Assembly (NCBI GenBank): GCA_043822105.1
Contig: JBDRCD010000004.1
Location: 10,410-74,409 of the forward strand
Length of the DNA: 64,000 bases
Origin: an archaeon
GTDB taxonomy: Archaea > Nanobdellota > Nanobdellia > Woesearchaeales > GCA-2686295
Reading direction: 5' to 3'
The notes beneath the pieces are model-generated. The model had not been told where the DNA came from. It was given only the letters and a program-made list of their open reading frames with translations, and did not search any database. Positions 9,261-19,327 of the stretch are shown piece by piece (the stretch's first letter is position 1; every line of letters begins with the position of its first letter). Both the position numbers and the translations under genes were made by a program.

Positions 9261-10406
9261 ATGTCATATGATATTGTTGTGGTTGGAGCCGGTCCTGCAG
9301 GTTCTACGGCTGCAAGGGTTGCTGCTGAAAAAGGCCTGAAAGTTGCACTGGTGGAGCGAAGACATAGGATTGGTTTTCCGAAGCAATGCGCTGAAGGAAT
9401 GAACGACTTTGCTTTTCAGCATCTTAAAATAAAACCAAAAAAAGAATGGATTTCTAATAGGATAGATTCTTTGTATGCAGGTTGTCCAGGAAAAGGAAGC
9501 GTTTTGTTGAAAACTATTAGTCTTCAAGGATATGTTATGGAAAGAAAAATATTTGATCCTGGATTAGCAGATATGGCTGTTGATGCAGGAGCTGAATTGT
9601 TTAAGTCAACATCCGTTGAACGATTAGAAAAAAATAACACAATTGTCAAAGCTCAAAATAAAACTTTCAAAACAAAGGTTGTTATAGGTGCCGATGGTCC
9701 AAACTCTACAATTTCAAAACAGGCAGGTCTAGGTATGCCAAAATGTGGTGTTGGTCTTCAGTATGAAATAAAAGCTAAATCTGATTATCCTAATGCATTG
9801 CAAATTTTTTTTGGAAAATATTTAGTTAAGGATGGTTATGCATGGATATTTCCAAAGAAGAATACTTTAAATGTCGGTCTGGGATCTTATTATTCTCATT
9901 CTTTGATTAAGGAACTGAATAATTTTGTGAAAGCCACAGGTGTTAAGGGAAAAATAATTGAAACCAATGGAGGATTAATACCTGTTCATGGACCTTTGGA
10001 AAGAATATATTCTAAAAATCTTATGATGATTGGAGATGCGGCAGGACACACTAACCCCACAACAGGAGGAGGAATACCTGCAGGTATGTTTGACGGAAAA
10101 ATGGCTGCTGAAATTGCAGTTAAAGAGTTAGAATCTGGTAGAATGGACTTTTCTCGCTATGAAAAAGAATGGAAAAAAAGCATTTATGGCAAAACAATGA
10201 AACGTAGCTTGATAGCTCAAAAATACTTATTGAAAGCTACAAAAGCAGGATACGTTGATGATTTTTTCCAAAAGGCCGGAGATATTAAATTAAAATCAAT
10301 AAGAGAGGGCTATAAATTATTGGCAAAAATACAAAATCCATTTGCAATGTATTACTTTATAATGCTTGGAACAAGATTTTTAAAAATACATAAATACGCA
10401 TGGTAA
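9261..10406 (+). CDS. geranylgeranyl reductase family flavoprotein (digeranylgeranylglycerophospholipid reductase-like)
   Basis: FAD-binding fingerprint DIVVVGAGPAGSTAA, a GADG motif, and GDAAG at about residue 260. Confidence 0.85.
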   Translation: MSYDIVVVGAGPAGSTAARVAAEKGLKVALVERRHRIGFPKQCAEGMNDFAFQHLKIKPKKEWISNRIDSLYAGCPGKGSVLLKTISLQGYVMERKIFDPGLADMAVDAGAELFKSTSVERLEKNNTIVKAQNKTFKTKVVIGADGPNSTISKQAGLGMPKCGVGLQYEIKAKSDYPNALQIFFGKYLVKDGYAWIFPKKNTLNVGLGSYYSHSLIKELNNFVKATGVKGKIIETNGGLIPVHGPLERIYSKNLMMIGDAAGHTNPTTGGGIPAGMFDGKMAAEIAVKELESGRMDFSRYEKEWKKSIYGKTMKRSLIAQKYLLKATKAGYVDDFFQKAGDIKLKSIREGYKLLAKIQNPFAMYYFIMLGTRFLKIHKYAW

Positions 10407-10407
10407 A

Positions 10408-10638
10408 ATGGAACAGTACGTAAAAGACGGAAAACTAAAAATTAAAGTAAGTCCTAACTCTAAAAAAACAGAAATAAAAGAAGTGAAAGATAATGTTGTA
10501 TTTGTAAACATTGCAGCACCTGCAGACAAGAACAAGGCCAACAAGGAAGTGATAAGATTCTTTTCAAAACTTCTAAAGAAAAAAGTATTGATAAAATCAG
10601 GTTTGACAGCTCAGAACAAGACTTTGTTTATTCATTAG
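10408..10638 (+). CDS. DUF167/YggU-family protein
   Basis: KVSPNSKK...VNIAAPADKNKANKEV...VLIKSG pattern in a 76-aa protein. Confidence 0.6.
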   Translation: MEQYVKDGKLKIKVSPNSKKTEIKEVKDNVVFVNIAAPADKNKANKEVIRFFSKLLKKKVLIKSGLTAQNKTLFIH

Positions 10639-11113
10639 TATACTTCTGGACTTCGTCGTTTAGAACTTCTAGTTTTACACCGCCCATTTCAAGAATTTTT
10701 CTAGACTCCTGAGCAGCGTGGTATTTATTTTCACAAACAACTCTTTTTATGCCTGCATTGACAATCATTCTTGCACAGACAGGACAGGGTTCCATTTTGA
10801 CGTAGATTGTTGCACCATCAATTGAAATTCCATATCTTGCAGCCTGTGTGATTGCGTTTTGTTCAGCGTGAATTGTCCGGACGCAGTGTTCTCTTTTTAC
10901 ACCGTCTGCGTGAATTGTTGTTTCCATCAGATGACCAACGTCATCACAGTGCGGTTGGCCGACTGGTGAACCAACATAACCGCTTGCAAGAATCTGCTTG
11001 TTTTTGACAATGACACAACCGGTCTGACCTCTATCGCAGGTTGCTCTCTTTGCAACTGTCTTTGAAATCTCGATGAAATACTCATCCCAGGTTGGTCTTT
11101 TGTTTTTAGTCAT
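10628..11113 (-). CDS. dCMP deaminase (cytidine/deoxycytidylate deaminase zinc-binding family)
   Basis: HAEQNAI and PCPVCARMI zinc-binding motifs (HxE / PCxxC). Confidence 0.85.
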   Translation of the reverse strand: MTKNKRPTWDEYFIEISKTVAKRATCDRGQTGCVIVKNKQILASGYVGSPVGQPHCDDVGHLMETTIHADGVKREHCVRTIHAEQNAITQAARYGISIDGATIYVKMEPCPVCARMIVNAGIKRVVCENKYHAAQESRKILEMGGVKLEVLNDEVQKYTNE

Positions 11114-11670
11114 TATTTTTTAGTATTCTCTAAGACTTTTTCAATCTTTTCATATAACTCTTCAAAATTATCATCATTCATGAACTTGTAATCTGATATT
11201 TCAATACATCTGGAAAGGTTTTGTTTCCAAGGATCCTTTGAAGTCATCTCTATTGCTTCCTGCTCTTGAAATTTTTCAAAACTAATGTTATCTTTTCCTA
11301 ATTCTTTTCTTTTTATAATTCTGTCATATCTTGTTCTTTGGTCTGCATCAACTGCAAACATTACACAGTTACCTTTTTTTCTCAAAGCAATGATTTCACC
11401 CTCTGTTCTTATGCTTTCAAAAACAGCATCTTTTCCTGTTTCTTCAGCCATTCTGAGAAGTTCTTCAGCAATGTATCCAGGGCCATGCTTTTTTCGAAGG
11501 TCATTTCCAATTAACACCATGCTGTCTCTATTTATTGGTAAGCCTCTTCTGACAATCTCCTTGTTGATAACATCCTCTGTGGAAGAGAAATGAACAAAAC
11601 CTTTTGTCTTTAGAAAATCAACGATTGTTCCTTTTCCAGCGCCGAGTGATCCGGTAATTCCAATTATCAT
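11113..11670 (-). CDS. P-loop nucleoside/nucleotide kinase (CoaE / dNMP-kinase-like)
   Basis: MIIGITGSLGAGKGT Walker A, similar to the dephospho-CoA kinase GLTGGIGSGKST motif. Length is 185 aa. Confidence 0.5.
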   Translation of the reverse strand: MIIGITGSLGAGKGTIVDFLKTKGFVHFSSTEDVINKEIVRRGLPINRDSMVLIGNDLRKKHGPGYIAEELLRMAEETGKDAVFESIRTEGEIIALRKKGNCVMFAVDADQRTRYDRIIKRKELGKDNISFEKFQEQEAIEMTSKDPWKQNLSRCIEISDYKFMNDDNFEELYEKIEKVLENTKK

Positions 11671-11677
11671 AGTTCCC

Positions 11678-12532
11678 TTGTTTTCTAGAACCGTGTTCTA
11701 TTTAAAAAATTTATCCAAAATAATAATTATTATAAAGGAGCAGTTTATCTTTATTTTTATGACTCATGGATTAAAGGGGAAGTTTGTGATTGTCGATGGT
11801 CTTGACGGAATTGGTAAAGGTGTTGTTGTCGACACAATCGCTAATTATCTGAAAACTTCTGGAAAAAGGATACTTAACCTTAGAAAATACTGGGAAGAGT
11901 TTCATGACCACCCGGACTTTGAAAACAAAGAATTTGATGGCAAGCCTAATAAGTTCTACATCGACCTTGATTCTTTTGACGTAATAATTTCTAATGAGCC
12001 AACTTATGCCATTATTGGAAGAGCTATAAGATATGAGATAATTGCCAAGAACGGAAGGGATTATTCTGTTCATTTTACTGCTCAGAGTTATTCAAGTGAC
12101 AGGCTCATACTTTACAAAAGAGTAATTCTTCCGGCACTAAGAGCAGGAAAAATAATTCTGCAGGAAAGAAGTTTCTCAACATCAATTGTTTTCCAGTCAA
12201 CCCAGGAAGGCGAAGACAAAATGACAGTTGATGAAATTTTGGCTCTTGAAGGAAACGCTTTTTGTCTGAAGAATACTCCTGACCTTTTGATAATTCCAAC
12301 CATAAAAGATGTTGAAGATGTTATTAAAAGGCTTGACAGGAGAGCTAAAGACGATAACTGCGAGTTTGAAAACCTTGATTTTCAAAAGAAAATAAAACCT
12401 CTATACGAATCAAAAGAACTAAGGAAAATATTTGAGGACAGAGGCACAGTTGTTAAGTATCTGGACGCAGGAATTTCACTTGAGGAAACCAAAAAACAGG
12501 CAATAGAAATATACAAATCAATTGTTAAGTGA
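11678..12532 (+). CDS. tmk: thymidylate kinase-like P-loop kinase
   Basis: FVIVDGLDGIGKG resembles the dTMP kinase EG.DG.GK motif, and DRLILYKRVILPALRAGKIILQERSFSTSIVFQ resembles the DR...S.AYQ lid. The real start is likely an internal Met near 11759. Confidence 0.5.
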   Translation: MFSRTVFYLKNLSKIIIIIKEQFIFIFMTHGLKGKFVIVDGLDGIGKGVVVDTIANYLKTSGKRILNLRKYWEEFHDHPDFENKEFDGKPNKFYIDLDSFDVIISNEPTYAIIGRAIRYEIIAKNGRDYSVHFTAQSYSSDRLILYKRVILPALRAGKIILQERSFSTSIVFQSTQEGEDKMTVDEILALEGNAFCLKNTPDLLIIPTIKDVEDVIKRLDRRAKDDNCEFENLDFQKKIKPLYESKELRKIFEDRGTVVKYLDAGISLEETKKQAIEIYKSIVK

Positions 12533-12946
12533 AATGTGATAATTCTCAGGCGGAACTGGAACTTTTCTCCTTGACACCATTTCGTAAATTTCTCCGGTTA
12601 AATAAGCTTCATTTCTAAACAGAATACTTTTGAATCTTATGACTGCAGGATAAAGCTGCGAGAAAGAAAGATTAATGTTTCTATTAATACCATATCTGTC
12701 TGAATTAATTTTTTCTTCAAATATGTATCGTGACTCGTTTTCTTCTGTTAAGGTTATTATTGAAGTGATATTATTCTGTGTTTTTTGAAGAGAGAACTGA
12801 AACTCTTTAATTGTTGGTTTCCAATTGTTATCCTGTATAAATTGTGCTATATCCTTTTTATAGAGAAAAACCTGATTTATAATCTTGTTGAAACTATTCT
12901 CTAATTGATCTGTAGAGTGGGTGTTTTGTGCAGAGTTCTTTGACAT
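12518..12946 (-). CDS. hypothetical protein
   Basis: It overlaps the glyA 3' end by 53 nt and I recognise no motif in it. It may be spurious or start later. Confidence 0.3.
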   Translation of the reverse strand: MSKNSAQNTHSTDQLENSFNKIINQVFLYKKDIAQFIQDNNWKPTIKEFQFSLQKTQNNITSIITLTEENESRYIFEEKINSDRYGINRNINLSFSQLYPAVIRFKSILFRNEAYLTGEIYEMVSRRKVPVPPENYHISLNN

Positions 12947-14186
12947 CTTTTTTCACAGAAACAAGAACTGAAGTGTCATTTATATGACTTATTACTTTGT
13001 TAATCATATTTGCGATTTCTTTCATGTCATTTTCCTTGAATCCTCTTGTGGTCAAAGCAGGTGTTCCCAGCCTTATACCTGAAGGATTAAAAGGACTTCT
13101 GATATCAAAAGGAATCATGTTCTTGTTGCAGGTTATGCCTGCATTGTCAAGGGCTGTCTCAGCGTCTTTTCCGGTAATGTTTTTATTGGTTAAGTCAACC
13201 AGAATCAGATGGTTATCTGTTCCGCCTGTAATCAGATTAAAACCGTTATCCATCAGTCCTTCGGCCAGTGCTTTTGCATTTTTCAGAACCTGTCCAATAT
13301 AGGTTTTGAACTCTGGCTTCAAAGCTTCTCCGAAGGCAACTGCTTTTGCAGCAATTACATGTTCAAGAGGTCCTCCCTGCATTCCCGGAAACACAGCCGA
13401 GTCAATCATTTTTGCAAGATTCTTTTTTGAATCCGGATGATACAGTTTTTTTAGTCTGTCATCTTCCTTGGATAAAATAATTGCTCCTCTTGGTCCCCGA
13501 AGAGTTTTATGGGTGGTGGAAGTAACGACATCACAGTGCGGAAACGGCATCATGTGCTTCCTCGCAGCAATCATGCCTGCAAAGTGAGCGACATCAGCCA
13601 AAAGATAGGCATCAACTTCATCGGCAATTTCTCTGAAAGCTTTGAAATCAATGTTTCTCGGATAGGCGCTGTAGCCTGCAAGTATCATCTTTGGCTTATT
13701 TTTCAGGGCAACCTTTCTAACCTGATCCATGTCCAAGAGATTTGTTTTTTTATCGACTGTGTAGTGCGAGAATCTGTAGAATTTTCCAGAGAAATTAACA
13801 GGTGAACCATGGGTCAGATGACCTCCCTGATCAAGTCCCATTCCAAGAACTTTATCCTTTAATTCCAATAGAGCGAAGAATGCCTCCATGTTTGCCTGGC
13901 TGCCTGAATGTGGCTGTACGTTTGCATGTTCTGCTCCAAAAAGTTTCTTTGCTCTTTCAATGGCTAAATCTTCGCTCACATCAATGAACTCATTACCACC
14001 ATAGTATCTTCTGTGAGGATAACCTTCGGAATATTTGTTTGTTAGCCATGAACCCATTGCCTGCATCACAGGAATGCTGACAAAGTTTTCAGAAGCGATA
14101 AGTTCTACGGTTTCTCGCTGTCGTTTCAGTTCTTTTTTCACAGCGTCTGCAATCAACGAATCTGACTTATTTAGTTCTTCATTCAT
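12894..14186 (-). CDS. glyA: serine hydroxymethyltransferase
   Basis: LIASENFVS, a PLP-lysine region [11 protein letters not shown], and full-length (430 aa) SHMT-like sequence. Confidence 0.95.
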   Translation of the reverse strand: MNEELNKSDSLIADAVKKELKRQRETVELIASENFVSIPVMQAMGSWLTNKYSEGYPHRRYYGGNEFIDVSEDLAIERAKKLFGAEHANVQPHSGSQANMEAFFALLELKDKVLGMGLDQGGHLTHGSPVNFSGKFYRFSHYTVDKKTNLLDMDQVRKVALKNKPKMILAGYSAYPRNIDFKAFREIADEVDAYLLADVAHFAGMIAARKHMMPFPHCDVVTSTTHKTLRGPRGAIILSKEDDRLKKLYHPDSKKNLAKMIDSAVFPGMQGGPLEHVIAAKAVAFGEALKPEFKTYIGQVLKNAKALAEGLMDNGFNLITGGTDNHLILVDLTNKNITGKDAETALDNAGITCNKNMIPFDIRSPFNPSGIRLGTPALTTRGFKENDMKEIANMINKVISHINDTSVLVSVKKDVKELCTKHPLYRSIRE

Positions 14187-14683
14187 TTTCTCACATAGGT
14201 TTGGAAGGAAAACTTAACATTTTCTTTCTCATCAAAATGTTTTTCATCATCTGTCAGTTTCCATTCATCTTTTTCTATCTTTGGAAAAAAAGCGTCACCT
14301 TCATAGTCTTGGTGTACTCTTGTGATTTTTAGTTTGTCTGCATACTTCATTCCGATTCTATAGATGGTTGCACCGCCTGTTATGAAAATCTTGTCATACT
14401 TTTTTTTGCAGTAATCAATTGCTTCATCAAAATCATGAAAGACGGTTGTTCCTTCTGGTTTTTTATAATTTTTATCAAGAGTTAGAATTATGTTTTCTCG
14501 TCCAGGAAGAGGCCTTGCGTTTTCAGGCAGAGACTGATAGGTAACATCTCCCATGATGCATGGGCATCCAAGAGTCTGTTGTTTGAAATGCTTGAAATCC
14601 GTAGAGATATACCAGGGAATTTCTCCTTTGTTGCCAATCACATAGTTTTCTGCAACCGCTGCAATCATGATTACTTCGCTCAT
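14183..14683 (-). CDS. folA: dihydrofolate reductase
   Basis: [19 protein letters not shown], then the TLGCPCIMG region and GGATIY. Confidence 0.9.
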   Translation of the reverse strand: MSEVIMIAAVAENYVIGNKGEIPWYISTDFKHFKQQTLGCPCIMGDVTYQSLPENARPLPGRENIILTLDKNYKKPEGTTVFHDFDEAIDYCKKKYDKIFITGGATIYRIGMKYADKLKITRVHQDYEGDAFFPKIEKDEWKLTDDEKHFDEKENVKFSFQTYVRK

Positions 14684-15546
14684 ACTGCCACCTCAAATTT
14701 TATTCCTTTGTGATGCTCGTAATCAATGACTTCTGTATCTGTGTATTTCCATTCAAATATTGATTTGAAACTGCTGGTTTTTATTTTAGGAAGAGGGAAT
14801 GTTTTTCTTGAAAGCTGTTCTTTCAGTCCTTCAATGTGATTTACATAGATGTGAACGTCACCTAGAAAACCAATTAGTTTTCCTTCTTTAAGTCCTGCTT
14901 CTTTTGCAAGTAGATGTAAAAGTAATCCGTAGGATGCAATGTTGAATGGAAGTCCGAGAGCAGAATCAACCGAACGCTGGTTCCATAGAAGATTTAGTTT
15001 TCCGTCTATTACAGTCACCTGAAAACCATAGTGACATGGTGGCAGAGCCATTCTGTGCAGGTCAACAGGGTTCCATGCAGAGACAATCATTCTTCTGTCA
15101 TCAGGAGAACTTTTTAGTTTTTCTACAACGTTTTTTAACTGATCAATTCCTTTTCCTGTTGGCTCTTTGTCAAATGCCCTGTAGTTTGCACCAAAGTTTC
15201 GCCATTGAAATCCATAGATTGGTCCAAGATCTCTTTCTTCAGCCATTTTTTTCTTTGTTTTTTCGTCGTGACCATAGGGTACGATGTCTGGCGAGCACCA
15301 TTCATCCCAGATATGGTTTCCCTGTTGCTGAAGCCATTTCTTATCGGCCATTCCTTTGATGAAAAATTCAAGTTCTGAAGCCACAAGTTTCATGGGAACT
15401 GTTTTTGTTGTCAGCAGAGGAAAACCATCGGCCATGTTGTGTTCAAACATTGCTCCGGCGATTGCGAGCGTGTCCACGCCTGTCCGGTTATGCTTTAACA
15501 CTCCTGTGTCTAGAATCTTTTGAATTATATTCAAGTATGCTTTCAT
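14680..15546 (-). CDS. thyA: thymidylate synthase (ThyA type)
   Basis: HNRTGVDT, active-site PPCH, and DxxLGxPFNIASY. Confidence 0.95.
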   Translation of the reverse strand: MKAYLNIIQKILDTGVLKHNRTGVDTLAIAGAMFEHNMADGFPLLTTKTVPMKLVASELEFFIKGMADKKWLQQQGNHIWDEWCSPDIVPYGHDEKTKKKMAEERDLGPIYGFQWRNFGANYRAFDKEPTGKGIDQLKNVVEKLKSSPDDRRMIVSAWNPVDLHRMALPPCHYGFQVTVIDGKLNLLWNQRSVDSALGLPFNIASYGLLLHLLAKEAGLKEGKLIGFLGDVHIYVNHIEGLKEQLSRKTFPLPKIKTSSFKSIFEWKYTDTEVIDYEHHKGIKFEVAV

Positions 15547-15626
15547 AAATTTCCCCCTGCCTTTCTGAAATTGTTTTTCTCTTTAAATAAATTGTTGTTA
15601 TCGAAAATAATTTAAACAAATCATTT

Positions 15627-16265
15627 TTGTTTTTATTGATGCTAACCAAATCTACAAAGACAGACTTCCTACTTGGACTATTTATTGGATCGCTAATCCT
15701 GGCCAATACTCTTGGTACAAAGATTACCACAATTCTTGGCATTAGAGTTTCTGTTGGTATATTCTTTATCCCAATACTTTTTTTAATTACAGACATTGTT
15801 GCAGAGGTTCATGGCAAGAAGAAGGCAAAAAGCTTTGTATATATAGCTCTTGTAATAATGGCCTTTGCACTGTTGATGACATACATTTCCATAATCATGC
15901 CTGCTAATGCAACTTGGGGTAATCAGGAAGCCTATGCGTCAATCTTTGGAGCAACTCTTCGGATGACATTTGCAAGTATCATAGCGTTTATGTTGAGTCA
16001 GTTCCATGACGTCTGGGCATTTGATTTTTTAAAGCAGAAAACCAAAGGAAAACATTTGTGGCTTAGAAACAATGTTTCAACAATTGTAAGTCAGTTCATT
16101 GACACAACAATATTTATGTTCCTGGCATTCTACATGGTTGCACCAAAGTTCACATTTATGTTTATTGTAAGTTTAATTATTCCCTATTGGCTCCTTAAAG
16201 TGGTTCTGGCAATAATAGATACTCCATTTGTTTATGCAGGAGTTAAGTGGTTAAAGAAGAAGTGA
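15627..16265 (+). CDS. queuosine-precursor transporter (YhhQ/DUF165 family)
   Basis: 6-TM membrane protein with the conserved VWAFDFLKQKT...VSTIVSQFIDTTIF block. Confidence 0.8.
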   Translation: MFLLMLTKSTKTDFLLGLFIGSLILANTLGTKITTILGIRVSVGIFFIPILFLITDIVAEVHGKKKAKSFVYIALVIMAFALLMTYISIIMPANATWGNQEAYASIFGATLRMTFASIIAFMLSQFHDVWAFDFLKQKTKGKHLWLRNNVSTIVSQFIDTTIFMFLAFYMVAPKFTFMFIVSLIIPYWLLKVVLAIIDTPFVYAGVKWLKKK

Positions 16266-17474
16266 TTCTTTTGCTTCGCCAATCATGTAAATAGAACCTG
16301 TAACAATTATGGTTTCTTTTTCATTCTTCATTGCTTCTTCCAATGCGTCTTTCACATTTGGAATTACAACTGATTCTTTTTTGTAAACATTTTGCAATTT
16401 CTTTGGATCTTCGCCGTTGTACTTTCCTTTTGTAAATATAATTTTTTTAGCTACATGTTTTAATTCTTTCAACATTCCAACGTAGTCTTTGCCAATGCTA
16501 ACTCCAAAAACAATAACACATTTTGGATGATTTTTATGCAAGAATCTTCTAAGAGTCTTTACACCTTCAACATTGTGGGCTCCATCAATTATTACAAGCG
16601 GAGCAGCACTTATTATCTCGAGTCTTCCGGGCCAAGAAGCTTTTTTTAAACCTTCAACCATTGCTTCTTTGCTGACGTCCAGCATTGCAGCACATCTTAT
16701 TGCAACAAGAGCATTTTCTATCTGATGCTCCCCAAGCATTTCTAGTTCAAAAAATTCTCCATTTGCTTTAAAATACTGGTTTTCTTTTCCTGATTCCAAA
16801 ATTTTTACTTTAAATTCTTCATTGACATTGTGATACTCTGAATTATTATTCTCGCACTCTTGCTTGAACAACCTTATTATTTTTTTATCCTTTTCTCCTG
16901 TAATGAGTGGAACTCCTTGTTTTATTATCTTGGCTTTTTCCATTGCAATTTCTTCGAGTGTTCTTCCAAGATAATCCTGATGATCAATTGAAATGTTGGT
17001 TATGATTGAAACAATTGGTTTTGTAGTGTTTGTCGCGTCAAGTCTGCCTCCAAGTCCAGTTTCTAAAATTACATAGTCAGGTCTTTTTTCTGCAAAGTGG
17101 AGCAGAGCAAGAGCGGTTGTGAATTCAAAGAAAGTTGCATCGATGTTTTTCTTTTCACAGACTTTTTTTATTTTTTCAACCAAAAAAGCAAGTTCCTCGG
17201 TTGTAATGTCCTTGTTGTTATGTTTTATTCTTTCATTGAACATTACCAGATGAGGAGATGTGTAAAGACCTGTTGAGTAGCCTTCAACACGAAGTATTGA
17301 TTCAATCATTGCAGCTGTTGAACCTTTGCCGTTTGTTCCTGCAATATGGATTATTTTCAAATCTTTCTCAGGGTTTCCAAGAGCTTTAAGCAGTGACTTC
17401 ATAACATCCAGTCCAAGTTTTATCCCTTTTCTTTCCAGAGAATAAACATATTCGAGCAGTTCATCAATTTCCAT
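16251..17474 (-). CDS. folC: folylpolyglutamate synthase / dihydrofolate synthase (Mur ligase family)
   Basis: IHIAGTNGKGST P-loop and a Mur-ligase middle domain with DGAHN. Confidence 0.85.
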   Translation of the reverse strand: MEIDELLEYVYSLERKGIKLGLDVMKSLLKALGNPEKDLKIIHIAGTNGKGSTAAMIESILRVEGYSTGLYTSPHLVMFNERIKHNNKDITTEELAFLVEKIKKVCEKKNIDATFFEFTTALALLHFAEKRPDYVILETGLGGRLDATNTTKPIVSIITNISIDHQDYLGRTLEEIAMEKAKIIKQGVPLITGEKDKKIIRLFKQECENNNSEYHNVNEEFKVKILESGKENQYFKANGEFFELEMLGEHQIENALVAIRCAAMLDVSKEAMVEGLKKASWPGRLEIISAAPLVIIDGAHNVEGVKTLRRFLHKNHPKCVIVFGVSIGKDYVGMLKELKHVAKKIIFTKGKYNGEDPKKLQNVYKKESVVIPNVKDALEEAMKNEKETIIVTGSIYMIGEAKESLLL

Positions 17475-17570
17475 GATGCAAATAAAGCAGCTGCATTTTA
17501 TATTTCTTTTCTATTTGTCAATAGATAGCTTTAAATACAAAGAATTTATACTTTTTTTTGAGGTGTAATT

Positions 17571-18575
17571 ATGACGAGGGTATTAATCACAGGTGCATGT
17601 GGATTTGTAGGTCACCATCTTGTTGAACATTTCCTGAAAAATACTGACTGGGAGATAGTTGTCTTTGACAGGCTAAGCTATGCCAGCAGCGGATTTGACA
17701 GGCTGAGAGACATTGAAGCTTTTGACGATAAAAGAGTAATGATTCTAACGGCTGATTTCACAGCTGAAATTGGAAACGGACTTGCCAAAGAGATAGGTGA
17801 TGTTGAATACATACTCCACCTTGGAGCCAATAGTCATGTTGATAACAGTATTACTAATCCTTTAAGTTTTGAAAGAGCAAATGTTCTGGGAACAATGTAC
17901 ATGCTTGAGTTTGCAAAGACAGTTCCAAACCTGAAAAAATTTCTATACTTTGGAACCGATGAAGTCTATGGCACTGCACCTGTTGGTGTGAACTACAAGG
18001 AAGGAGACAGGTTTAACCCTGGCAATCCCTACGCAGCTTCGAAGGCGGCCGCAGAATGTTTCTGCTATTCATACGCAAACACCTACAAGCTTCCGATAAT
18101 AATAACCAACACCATGAATGTAATTGGTGAAAGGCAGCATCCTGAAAAGTTTGTTCCAATGGTTATTAAAAGAGCACTTAGCGGTGAAGTTGTAACAATT
18201 CACAGCAATAAAGAAAAAACAAAGGCCGGAAGCAGATTTTATATTCACGGAAGAAACGTTGCAGACGCAGTTTTGTTTATTCTGCAAAACACTGACGAGA
18301 CTCTTGACAACATTGATGCTTCCAAAGGAAAGTTCAACATTGTCGGGGAAATAGAACTGGACAATCTAGAACTTGCACAGATGATTGCAAAAGCAGTAGG
18401 AAAACCACTGAAGTATGAAATGGTTGATTTTCATTCCTCAAGACCAGGCCATGATTTGAGATATGCTCTTGACGGCTCAAAACTTGCAAAGATTGGCTGG
18501 AAACCACCCGTTGACTTTGAAGCGAGTTTGAAAAAAACCGTTGATTGGACTTTGAAAAACAGGCGATGGTTATGA
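17571..18575 (+). CDS. rfbB: dTDP-glucose 4,6-dehydratase-like NAD-dependent epimerase/dehydratase
   Basis: ITGACGFVGHH Rossmann motif, the catalytic YAASKAAAE (YxxxK), and KNTD / DRLSYAS elements similar to RfbB. Confidence 0.8.
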   Translation: MTRVLITGACGFVGHHLVEHFLKNTDWEIVVFDRLSYASSGFDRLRDIEAFDDKRVMILTADFTAEIGNGLAKEIGDVEYILHLGANSHVDNSITNPLSFERANVLGTMYMLEFAKTVPNLKKFLYFGTDEVYGTAPVGVNYKEGDRFNPGNPYAASKAAAECFCYSYANTYKLPIIITNTMNVIGERQHPEKFVPMVIKRALSGEVVTIHSNKEKTKAGSRFYIHGRNVADAVLFILQNTDETLDNIDASKGKFNIVGEIELDNLELAQMIAKAVGKPLKYEMVDFHSSRPGHDLRYALDGSKLAKIGWKPPVDFEASLKKTVDWTLKNRRWL

Positions 18576-19301
18576 TCTTATAACTAGTCCAGGAAATTCT
18601 TTTTTCAAATATTCTTTTAAGTTTTCTAAGAAGCTATCCGTAGGACTATCAACATGGTGCATTTGTTTTAGAACGCCCGATGCGCTGAAAGGTTTTAGCT
18701 CCCACACTGCATTCATGTCAGTTATTTCTTCTGCAATCATTTTCAAGTCTTCTTTTCTAAACATTAGTCCTGGAATAATTGTTGTTCGAAATATCACTTC
18801 GACTTTCTCGTCGTAGGCTCTTAATATCTGCAGGGTTTGTGAAACGTCATGCATTATGTCTTTTGTCGGTTTGAAGAAAGTAGCGGACTTTGTAACTTTG
18901 TCAAATCTCTCGTTGAAAGGAGCTTTCATGTCCATTATTACAATATCTATAAAACTGTTTTCTAGAAGTGATTCAATAACCTGTGGTTTAGAACCATTGG
19001 TGTCCAGAACTGTTTTCAGTTTCAGTTCTCTTGCTTTACTAAGTAGATCCAAAAGTGCCTGCTTTTGAAAGCATGGCTCTCCACCAGTAAGATATATTCC
19101 GTTGATGTTTCCTAGATTGTTCTCCATCTCTTTTTTAACATCCCGAAGGTCAATCTCATGTTCAAACTTTGTCTCTAGAAGTTCAGGAGTGTTGCACCAT
19201 GGACATTTGAAATCGCAGCCAGAAAACATTATTTTCATGAAAATATCATTACTGAAGCTAACACTTGTTTCAGGAATTACTTCTGCTATGAATGCTTGCA
19301 T
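18570..19301 (-). CDS. radical SAM activating enzyme (NrdG/PflA/QueE-like)
   Basis: SGCDFKCPWC (CX3CX2C) and the glycine-rich LTGGEPC SAM motif. Confidence 0.7.
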   Translation of the reverse strand: MQAFIAEVIPETSVSFSNDIFMKIMFSGCDFKCPWCNTPELLETKFEHEIDLRDVKKEMENNLGNINGIYLTGGEPCFQKQALLDLLSKARELKLKTVLDTNGSKPQVIESLLENSFIDIVIMDMKAPFNERFDKVTKSATFFKPTKDIMHDVSQTLQILRAYDEKVEVIFRTTIIPGLMFRKEDLKMIAEEITDMNAVWELKPFSASGVLKQMHHVDSPTDSFLENLKEYLKKEFPGLVIRS

Positions 19302-19327
19302 TTTAACGATGAAAAAAACTTGTTTTA

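Noticed and set aside
12997-14217. Several plus-strand ORFs of 60-101 aa antisense to glyA, and similar antisense ORFs in thyA (14946-15359), the cca gene (28132-28590) and others
   Set aside because: They are fully contained within strongly supported genes on the opposite strand. They have low-complexity composition and no conserved motifs.
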